Positions 36,404-43,797 of a stretch of DNA of 43,797 bases are shown piece by piece. This DNA is from Candidatus Bathyarchaeia archaeon (lineage in GTDB: Archaea; Thermoproteota; Bathyarchaeia; Bathyarchaeales; Bathycorpusculaceae). The notes below the pieces were generated by a model. The model was not told the DNA's origin, did not search any database, and worked only from the letters and a program-made list of their open reading frames with translations. The translations under genes were made by a program, and so were the position numbers. The number at the start of each line of letters is the position of its first letter. Position 1 is the first letter of the stretch. Location of the stretch: assembly GCA_049512075.1 (NCBI GenBank), contig JBEKXL010000020.1:1-43797 (forward strand), written 5' to 3'.

Positions 36404-37588
36404 GTGTCAACACATCGAAGCGTGTTCAGGGACGAAACGAAGCTTGACATAAACTACGTTCCCTACAAGCTTCCCCACAGGGAGGCAGAACTGCGCCTGC
36501 TCATGGAATTCTTCAGCTTTGCACTGCAATCCCCTGAAAAAATGGCCCAGCGGGTCATGATAACCGGCGATGTTGGCACTGGCAAAACCGCGCTTTCGCA
36601 ACGTTTCGGAGCGAACATCACAAGCGAAGCGAACAAGCATGGAATTAGTCTCCGCTACGTTCACGTCAATTGCCGCGAATGCCACGGAAGCCTCTTTCTC
36701 ATCCTGCAGCACGTAGTGTCAATTTTCCATCCAAACTTTCCAAAACGCGGCTACTCCGCTGAAGAGATTCTAACCTCGTTCATGCAGATTCTGGACGAAC
36801 AAAACTCACACGTAATACTGGCTTTGGACGAATTCGAAAGTCTCATCGACAGAGAAGGTTCCGAAGCTGTTTACAAGCTCACCCGCCTACAAGAGGCAAG
36901 GCAGAACAAGCCTCAAAGGCTTTCGCTCATATGCGTTGTACGAAACCTAAAGTCCATTGATCAACTGGACACAAGCACAAGGAGCACGTTACAGTCTAAC
37001 ATAATAAACCTCGAAAAATATTCAAAACAACAACTCGCCGACGTCCTCAACGACCGAGTCTCACTAGCCTTCAAGCCTCTAACAGTGCCCGAAGGGACCC
37101 TGAACTTGATCGCCGAAATTGCAATCTCCGAAAGCGGAAACGCCCGCTTCGGAATCGAACTGCTCTGGCGAGCCGGAAAATACGCAGACGCTGAAGACCT
37201 GGACACTGTCCCGCCGGAATGCGTTCGAAAAGCCGTCTCAAGTATAATCCCAGCAATGCGAAAAAGCGACCTAGCCCCCCTTAGTCTTCATGAAAAACTC
37301 TTCCTGCTCGGCATAGCCAGAACACTCAAGAAAAACGAGAAGGCCTACGTCACCTTCACCGAGGCTGAACGATCCTACGCTGTCGTTTGCGAAGAGTTTG
37401 AAACAACTCCAAAAAGCCACACGCAACTGTGGAAATATCTCCGAAGCCTTTCCGCCTTGGGCATAGTAAGATCCGAGTCTGGGACAGGAGCTTCCAGAGG
37501 TAGATCTACGGGCATATGCTTGCCCAGGATTCCCGCTGACGAACTGGAGAAAGAACTCAAGACTCTACTGGAAAAACAAGAAACGTGA
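36404..37588 (+). CDS. cdc6: Orc1/Cdc6 replication initiator
   Basis: YVPYKLPHRE, Walker A GDVGTGKT, VNC, LDEFE, GNAR and a C-terminal wHTH. Confidence 0.93.
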   Translation: MSTHRSVFRDETKLDINYVPYKLPHREAELRLLMEFFSFALQSPEKMAQRVMITGDVGTGKTALSQRFGANITSEANKHGISLRYVHVNCRECHGSLFLILQHVVSIFHPNFPKRGYSAEEILTSFMQILDEQNSHVILALDEFESLIDREGSEAVYKLTRLQEARQNKPQRLSLICVVRNLKSIDQLDTSTRSTLQSNIINLEKYSKQQLADVLNDRVSLAFKPLTVPEGTLNLIAEIAISESGNARFGIELLWRAGKYADAEDLDTVPPECVRKAVSSIIPAMRKSDLAPLSLHEKLFLLGIARTLKKNEKAYVTFTEAERSYAVVCEEFETTPKSHTQLWKYLRSLSALGIVRSESGTGASRGRSTGICLPRIPADELEKELKTLLEKQET

Positions 37589-37593
37589 AAAAC

Positions 37594-37866
37594 ATGAACG
37601 TAGAAGACGTCTTCTCCTCCCGACTCCGCATGAAAATCCTGAGAATTCTAGTCCAAGTCGGCGAGCTCAACGGTTCTGAAATCGCCCGAAGATTGAACGT
37701 AAATTACATAACGACAAGCAAACACCTCAAAGCACTGGAAGATGAAAGCGTCTTGGTGCACAAGGTGTTTGGAAGAATCCGCCTGTACAGGCTCAACGAA
37801 CGTTCACCCAAAGCCAAAGCTGTGCAGGCTCTGATTGAAACATGGGAACACGCAAATAAGCAGTAA
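37594..37866 (+). CDS. ArsR-like winged-helix regulator
   Basis: FSSRLRMKIL...SEIARRL...HLKALE...GRIRLY. Confidence 0.85.
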   Translation: MNVEDVFSSRLRMKILRILVQVGELNGSEIARRLNVNYITTSKHLKALEDESVLVHKVFGRIRLYRLNERSPKAKAVQALIETWEHANKQ

Positions 37867-37903
37867 ATGACGTTATCTACACCTACGTGAGCGTGCCATT
37901 GGC

Positions 37904-38596
37904 TTGATTAAGGAGGAGCTGGACACAAGAATAAGCGAGTTTGAGCAGCTTTTGCAAAAGATTGCAAGCGCCATCGCCAGCGGAGTTCTCTCAGAAAAGC
38001 TTCCGCCTTCAAAACTGCTTGAAAAAACCGAGAAATACGTCACCCGCTTGTCCGAAGTGGCGGCAAGCAATCAGGAATCAATGCTCATTCTGAAACCAGA
38101 GAAGACCCCCACAATCAAGGTCAAATACAGGAACCTCACTCAAACCTTGACGACATTCAAGGACATCCTGCTTCAAAACACATCGGACCCCGTTGCAAAC
38201 TCGCGCCTGGCATTCGAACAACTGAGAAAAGCCTTGACCGACGGTTCAGACTACCTCTTTCTAATGCGGGAAGTCCGAGATAATCCTTCGCCACTCATTA
38301 GCCACATGCTTAATCTCAAAGAGGTCTCAAATACAAGAGGGTCAGTCATGGGCATTCGAGCCTCAGAAGACGTCCAGCCCCTGGTAGAGTACGTTCTGAA
38401 GCACATTGAAGAATTGAACACAGGACTGACTGAACTGGAAAAGAGAATCGCCGAAATCAAACAAGGCGCACAGGAACTGCAGAAAGAAAGCCTCAAAGCT
38501 TTGTACCGCAAGACCGAAGAGCAAACCAACCCAACGGAAAACAAAACAGAAAAAAGACAGCTTTCTCTCTCGAATTTTAAAGCAGAACAGAACTGA
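37904..38596 (+). CDS. Hypothetical coiled-coil protein
   Basis: 230-aa ORF in operon context; start uncertain. Confidence 0.7.
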   Translation: MIKEELDTRISEFEQLLQKIASAIASGVLSEKLPPSKLLEKTEKYVTRLSEVAASNQESMLILKPEKTPTIKVKYRNLTQTLTTFKDILLQNTSDPVANSRLAFEQLRKALTDGSDYLFLMREVRDNPSPLISHMLNLKEVSNTRGSVMGIRASEDVQPLVEYVLKHIEELNTGLTELEKRIAEIKQGAQELQKESLKALYRKTEEQTNPTENKTEKRQLSLSNFKAEQN

Positions 38597-38610
38597 GGAG
38601 ACAAGACAGA

Positions 38611-39072
38611 ATGACCATGATTGATATTTCAGACAAGCCTGAGATCCTCCGAGAAGCTACAGCATCAGGCATAATTAGATTGAAGCCCGAAACAATACAA
38701 CTGATCAAGAAGGGAAAGATTGCCAAAGGAGATCCTCTTTACACTTCCAAGATTGCGGCAATTCTAGCCGCCAAGAGAACGAGCAGCCTGATTCCGCTCT
38801 GCCATCCAATACCGATAACGAAAGTCGAAGTCGAAACAGAAATAGTGGACGAATCTAACGTGCAAGTCACGACCACAGTTAGAACGAAGGCTCAGACCGG
38901 CATTGAAATGGAAGCATTGACCGCCACGGCTACGGGTCTCTTGACGATATGGGACATGGTTAAACAGTACGAAAAAAACGCTGAAGGACAGTATCCGACG
39001 ACGGCAATCGAAAACATCCATGTGGTGAAGAAAATGAAGGCAGCCGCTCGTAAGAAGGCACGTCAAAAATGA
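38611..39072 (+). CDS. moaC: Cyclic pyranopterin monophosphate synthase
   Basis: MIDISDK, LIPLCHP, TGIEMEAL and DMVK motifs. Confidence 0.95.
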   Translation: MTMIDISDKPEILREATASGIIRLKPETIQLIKKGKIAKGDPLYTSKIAAILAAKRTSSLIPLCHPIPITKVEVETEIVDESNVQVTTTVRTKAQTGIEMEALTATATGLLTIWDMVKQYEKNAEGQYPTTAIENIHVVKKMKAAARKKARQK

Positions 39073-39599
39073 GCGAAACAACGAAGAAACACAAGACCGA
39101 AGCGCCAAAGAAACTAAAATTTGGCATTTTCACGTGCAGCACATCTCGTTACACTCAAGTAAAGAAAGGCGAGAAAGTTCACGATCCTTCCGGAGACATA
39201 ATCGAGTCCATGTTGAGAAAAGCCCGACACACCGTGCTGTTGCGAAAAATAGTTTCTGATGATCCGACGATGATTGCCGAAGGCATCAAGGACACGATTG
39301 GCCGTGCGGACTTGGACGCAGTCATTTTTTGCGGTGGAACGGGTATAACCCTCTCCGACGTCACAATCGAAACCGTCACGCCCTTCCTGGACAAGACACT
39401 GCCAGGTTTTGGCGAAATATTCAGACGTCTAAGCTATGATGAGATAGGCTCAGCAGCTATTTTGTCCAGGGCAATCGCGGGTATCGCCAGAGGCAAGGCT
39501 GTTTTCTGCATTCCAGGTTCGCCTAACGCAGTGCAACTCTGTCTTTCAGAACTCATCTTACCTGAAGCTGGACATCTGATTAAGCACGCGCGTGAGTAG
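39069..39599 (+). CDS. moaB: Molybdopterin adenylyltransferase (MoaB/MogA)
   Basis: DPSG, GGTGI..SDVT.E, PGFGEIFR, LSRA and PGSPNA motifs. Confidence 0.92.
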   Translation: MSETTKKHKTEAPKKLKFGIFTCSTSRYTQVKKGEKVHDPSGDIIESMLRKARHTVLLRKIVSDDPTMIAEGIKDTIGRADLDAVIFCGGTGITLSDVTIETVTPFLDKTLPGFGEIFRRLSYDEIGSAAILSRAIAGIARGKAVFCIPGSPNAVQLCLSELILPEAGHLIKHARE

Positions 39600-39776
39600 T
39601 GCAAGCCATGATTCTATGCGACTCCTTCGCCCTTATTGCCTCCAAAACCTTTCCTTTCCGTTCGAATTTCGCTACAGATTGATTGTTGCCGATCCTCATT
39701 TCAAACAGAAGAATCTGCTCGGTAGACTTATATTCTCGTTAGCTGGTCAAGTCGTTAGGCACGCACGGGAATAACG

Positions 39777-40724
39777 ATGGTTCTTAAAGACGATTGTGGG
39801 CGACCACTCCTTAATTTACGCATTGCAATCACGGGAAGATGCAACCTAAGATGTTCTTACTGTCACGGAGAAGGCGAAGAAAGGCCCGACAAGAAGTTTA
39901 TCAAAGAAATGAGAGCCGATGAGATCTCTCATATCGCAAACGTCGCAGTCGGTTTGGGTATTTCAAGAGTAAAACTGACGGGCGGAGAGCCCCTTTTGCG
40001 CAGTGATGTCGTGGACATCGTCACAGGAATTAGCTCCATATCTGGACTTACAGACGTCTCCATGACCACGAATGGAACCCTTCTTGCGCCCTTAGCCAAG
40101 AGACTTCATGAGAGTGGCTTGCAACGAGTAAACATTAGTCTCCCAACATTGGATCGAGAGGCCTACCATAACCTCACGGGCGGCAGAGTGGAAGATGTAC
40201 TGGGGGGCGTCAAGGCCGCCGTTGACGTCGGATTCTCGCCTGTCAAGCTTAACATGCTCATCCTGAAAGGAACAAACGAGTGCGATGTGCAGGAAATGAT
40301 AGAATTTGCCACGCAAACTGGAACCGTCCTGCAGTTGATCGAGCTTGAACCAATAAACATGACAAACGAATACTACTCCGAAAAACACGAAACGTTAGAC
40401 GAATATGAAATAATGTTGAAACAGAAGGCAGTGAAGATTGAAACTAGACAGTACATGCAAAATCGCCACATCTACTATTTACCGCGGGTGCAGGTTGAAG
40501 TCATACGACCGATAGAAAACACCGAGTTTTGCCTCCACTGCACAAGGCTGCGCGTGACAAGTGACGGAAAACTCAAACCCTGCTTAATGAGAAACGACAA
40601 CCTAACAGATATTCTGACTCCCATCAGAAATGGAGCATCAGATGAAGAATTAGCCAGACTTTTCAAGCTGGCTAACCAGGAAAGGCAACCATATCAAACA
40701 AGCCCTTACCTATTGGAAAATTAA
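39777..40724 (+). CDS. moaA: GTP 3',8-cyclase
   Basis: CNLRCSYC, LTGGEPLLR, TTNG and FCLHCTRLRVTSDGKLKPCL motifs. Confidence 0.95.
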   Translation: MVLKDDCGRPLLNLRIAITGRCNLRCSYCHGEGEERPDKKFIKEMRADEISHIANVAVGLGISRVKLTGGEPLLRSDVVDIVTGISSISGLTDVSMTTNGTLLAPLAKRLHESGLQRVNISLPTLDREAYHNLTGGRVEDVLGGVKAAVDVGFSPVKLNMLILKGTNECDVQEMIEFATQTGTVLQLIELEPINMTNEYYSEKHETLDEYEIMLKQKAVKIETRQYMQNRHIYYLPRVQVEVIRPIENTEFCLHCTRLRVTSDGKLKPCLMRNDNLTDILTPIRNGASDEELARLFKLANQERQPYQTSPYLLEN

Positions 40725-40778
40725 GAAGACAGCGCTTGCCTTGGTGTACTCTTCCGCGAATTTTCTGAAGGACCTGCA

Positions 40779-41276
40779 TCACAGCTCAATAATTCTGGCT
40801 TCGCGTTTAACCGTGTCGAGCAGAGCCAACGTCGACTTGCCAGTTAGGTACCCACAGACTTCGCCTGGGTTGACGACCAACGTCTTGCCTTTTCTGCGGA
40901 TTTCATGGATGTGAGTGTGTCCATGAACTACGACATCAAAGCTCTCCTGATTTATCAAAGCCTCCAAGAGCTCCACATCGCCTCCGTGCAGCAACGCAAT
41001 TTTCAACCCGTCCGCAGTTATCTCCGCGAAGTTGCCGCGCAATTCAAGCCTCTTGTTTTCGCTGAACCTTTTCTTCAAGAGCTCATGATCCCCATCATTG
41101 TTGCCGAAAACACCGATCAACTTTGCCTTCAGCTCCTTAAACCTTGGAATTACAAAACCAGCCACATAGTCCCCTGCGTGAAGCACGAGCCCAACGTTCT
41201 CTTCGTTCAACCTCCTCACAGCCCTGTCAACCATGGGCAGATTATCATGCGTGTCTGCAATCAAACCTATTAGCAT
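40779..41276 (-). CDS. YfcE/MJ0936-family metallophosphoesterase
   Basis: ADTHDN, HAGD, GNND, GHTH and NPGE motifs. Start at MLIGLI. Confidence 0.92.
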   Translation of the reverse strand: MLIGLIADTHDNLPMVDRAVRRLNEENVGLVLHAGDYVAGFVIPRFKELKAKLIGVFGNNDGDHELLKKRFSENKRLELRGNFAEITADGLKIALLHGGDVELLEALINQESFDVVVHGHTHIHEIRRKGKTLVVNPGEVCGYLTGKSTLALLDTVKREARIIEL

Positions 41277-41599
41277 CCTTCCACCTTGCCACACTCTTCG
41301 TCTCAGACAATAAAACCTTTGCGAGTTTTCCCAGTGCTTGGAGGTTAAGTCTACGAATTCTTCAGTTTGGGCAGACACGCTCGAGAATGCGATGTAGTCT
41401 GCCTCATTGGCTGTTCTCAATTTCGAGGTTGCCCTTCCTGCGCCTGAAAACTTGAAGAAACGACAATAATCGAGACGAATAGAGGTTTGTTCTAGAGAAT
41501 ATTTCGATTCTGGGAATAGTCAAACGGGCGAAACACTGCTTAAGAAAATCTCTGCTTTCTTGTATTCTAGAAAACAATTCTAAAAGAGGAATATAGAAA

Positions 41600-41953
41600 A
41601 TGAATCCATGGGGTTCGAATCCATCTTCAAAAAGGAGAGACAAGCTCTCCATAATCGCCGAGATTCTGGAAATAGCCAAGGAAGGCACCTTGAAAACGCA
41701 GATCATGTACCGCGCAAACCTCAGTTTCACGCAGTTGAACGATTATCTCAGGTTCATGTTGAGGATTAACCTGTTAGAAAAGGTCACTGAGAATGAAAAA
41801 GAGAGATATGAAACTACGGGCAAAGGCATGGATTTTCTTCAACGTTACCGAGAAATAACAGAACTGCTGAAAAATGATGATGAAATCAACGGGAAGAACG
41901 GAGTTAAAATCCCACCTCAACACTTGCTCAAGAAAAGCCAAAATCTGTGCTGA
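41600..41953 (+). CDS. Archaeal winged-helix regulator (HTH_45-like)
   Basis: RRDKLSIIAEIL...KTQIMYRANLSF...YETTGKG. Confidence 0.88.
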   Translation: MNPWGSNPSSKRRDKLSIIAEILEIAKEGTLKTQIMYRANLSFTQLNDYLRFMLRINLLEKVTENEKERYETTGKGMDFLQRYREITELLKNDDEINGKNGVKIPPQHLLKKSQNLC

Positions 41954-42055
41954 TCAAAAAACATCAACTTTTCCCTGTGCTCTTACCCCTCCGTGGAATT
42001 GGCCCGTCGATATCCTTCTGTAGAACCACAAGTCAGGAGAATAGACATCGAAGCC

Positions 42056-42181
42056 TTATTTATGCCTTCTATTCTTTTCCTTCAGGTATTTCTCGGTTTT
42101 TTCCTTCAGTCTTGGGAATTCATCGAGCATTGCCTTGAGGACTTGCCATCGGATTTCATCTTTTTTCGATTCAATTCCCAT
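42056..42181 (-). CDS. 41-aa hypothetical protein (not in ORF track)
   Basis: MGIESKKDEIRWQVLKAMLDEFPRLKEKTEKYLKEKNRRHK, with a TTTATA box upstream. Confidence 0.45.
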   Translation of the reverse strand: MGIESKKDEIRWQVLKAMLDEFPRLKEKTEKYLKEKNRRHK

Positions 42182-42417
42182 TGCAATTCTTCCACAATAT
42201 TATGTCTCACTATACAATATAAATGTTTATCCTTTCTTCCCCATTGAAAACCCATCAGGCAACTGCTCGAAAGAAAGTCTCGAAAGCAGGCGCAGCATGA
42301 AATGACAGTTCGAACATCAGCACGACATGGAAACTGGCCTAAAAGGCGAAACAATTGCATCATGCAAGAACTGTTTTTATCCTCCCCCCCAAGAAATAGT
42401 TCCTTAATGTGAGACCT

Positions 42418-43137
42418 ATGCGGGTTGACGCTGTATTCTTTGATCTGTTTGACACTCTGCTGCTACTCGAGAATACGGAGGCTTACTATGAAGCCTGTTT
42501 GATAAAGATGCACGAGTTCTTGGCCAAGAAAGGAGTCAACGTTTCCTTTGACAGTTTCCAACATGCCTATTTTGACATCCGTGACAAGTTCTACTCCGAA
42601 TCCCGCGAAAGTCTGGAAGAACCGCATTTCAACGTCCGAGTTGCTCAAACGCTCGAGAAACTAGGCTACAATTTCAGAGCCTCTGACACGGCTGTCATGG
42701 GAGCTACAATGAGCTTTGCCGACGAGTTCACGCGTCACGTGCAGCCAGACAAGGACGCTGCCCACGTTCTGCAAAAACTTCACCAGAAGAATAAGCTCGG
42801 TTTAATCTCGAACTTCGATATTCCAGAATGTGGCAGAAAACTGCTGAAGACGTTTGAATTGGAGGAATACTTTGACCTCATCGTGATAAGTGCTGAAGTC
42901 AACCAGCGCAAGCCCAGTCCCAAGATTTTCAAGAGCGCACTCGCAACATTGGGGGTTGATGCTTCGAGGGCTGTCTTCGTTGGAGACATGGTGGATTTAG
43001 ACATTGCAGGTCCACAGAGCGTCGGGATGAAGACCGTTTTAATCAAGAGAAAACGAAGCGGAGAAGACAACGGTGCAAGGCCCGACGTTGTAATCAGAAG
43101 TTTAACTGAACTGTTGAGGGTCATTGAAGGTTGTTGA
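42418..43137 (+). CDS. HAD-superfamily hydrolase
   Basis: FFDLFDTL, ISN, RKPSP.IF and VGD...DI motifs. Confidence 0.92.
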   Translation: MRVDAVFFDLFDTLLLLENTEAYYEACLIKMHEFLAKKGVNVSFDSFQHAYFDIRDKFYSESRESLEEPHFNVRVAQTLEKLGYNFRASDTAVMGATMSFADEFTRHVQPDKDAAHVLQKLHQKNKLGLISNFDIPECGRKLLKTFELEEYFDLIVISAEVNQRKPSPKIFKSALATLGVDASRAVFVGDMVDLDIAGPQSVGMKTVLIKRKRSGEDNGARPDVVIRSLTELLRVIEGC

Positions 43138-43165
43138 TTGAACATTAGAACTACGTGTTAGTTCT

Positions 43166-43182
43166 GAAAGAAACGTTTATAT
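43166..43182 (+). promoter_or_regulatory. Probable rRNA operon promoter (BRE and TATA)
   Basis: GAAAGAAACG-TTTATAT about 270 nt upstream of the 16S gene. Confidence 0.55.
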
Positions 43183-43452
43183 CGGCTGAGATGCCTTCAG
43201 TTTCGTTTTGGCGATTGATTAGCTCCGCAATTTTACGGCGGCGGCTCAACCCCGACTGCAAAGGCGCAAAGTCGCCTCATAGAATGAGGATGTTGGCCTC
43301 CAATTGCGGGGACAAGTATGTGGACCTGACATCCATATCGCGTTAGGTCTGAATTGGGCTTTGGCGTTTAGTGGTTGATCTTCCCTCCAAATCCAGTCGA
43401 ATTTGCGGTTTGTACAACTTTGTAAACACAGGCTGTGATCAATGTGGAGCTA

Positions 43453-43797
43453 ACTCCGGTTGATCCTGCCGGACCCTACTGCTATCGGGATGGGACTAAG
43501 ACATGCTAGTCGCGCGCCTCCTAGCCACGCTGGAGGCGCGGCGCACAGCTCAGTAACACGTGGCCAACCTGCCCTTGGGACGGAAACACCCCCGGGAAAC
43601 TGGGGCTAATTTCCGATAGGCGAAGACTCCTGGAATGGATTTTCGCTTAAAGGGCGCCTAGGGCATGCTCCTAGGCGTTGCCCAAGGATGGGGCCGCGGC
43701 CGATCAGGTTGTTGGTGAGGTAATGGCCCACCAAGCCTTTAACCGGTACGGGCCGTGGGAGCGGTAGCCCGGAGATGGGCACTGAGACAAGGGCCCA
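43453..43797 (+). rRNA. rrs: 16S rRNA, 5' part (truncated by the window edge)
   Basis: CTCCGGTTGATCCTGCCGGA, CTCAGTAACACGTGG and CCGGAGATGGGCACTGAGACAAGGGCCCA are conserved archaeal 16S blocks. Confidence 0.98.

Noticed and set aside
39600-39776. Moco riboswitch before moaA
   Set aside because: No recognisable conserved structure; it contains a plausible TTTATA promoter instead.
41609-41623. GGTTCGAATCC resembling a tRNA T-arm or att site
   Set aside because: No acceptor stem or CCA follows, and it is the start of the wHTH coding region.

Overview
Archaeal chromosomal window, most likely Bathyarchaeia (inferred from the 16S 5' end, archaeal SRP RNA, Orc1/Cdc6, GGTGA/GAGG ribosome-binding sites and TATA promoters). 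It has three parts. (1) 1-7206 is the right end of an AT-rich genomic island ending in a 3' tRNA fragment (probable attR). It carries a PLD-nuclease fused to a PUA/ASCH-like domain, DUF2971-like, methyltransferase and DUF3800-like genes, and a 5'-truncated DDE integrase with nested element-end-like repeats. (2) 14269-23138 is an apparently complete 8,860-bp tyrosine-integrase element inserted in a TATA-like intergenic site, not a tRNA. Joining its ends rebuilds a perfect recombination palindrome, GGAAAGTATT-TCTTAT-AATACTTTCC. It encodes an HK97-gp10-like virion protein but no recognisable capsid, terminase or portal. It also has iteron-like repeats inside a Zn-ribbon gene, a chain of coupled micro-ORFs, a long RNA hairpin, three near-identical promoters and four copies of a 16-bp palindrome. 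It is the best candidate for an undescribed system: a possible satellite of an archaeal tailed virus. (3) The rest is core genome: ABC exporters (one split by a frameshift), class II FBP aldolase with convergent PPi-type and ATP-type PfkA, SRP RNA, galT, glycogen debranching enzyme, DUF89 phosphatase, tpiA, pdaD, cdc6, moaC-moaB-moaA and the first ~345 nt of 16S rRNA. All family calls come from motif recognition by eye, with no database search.
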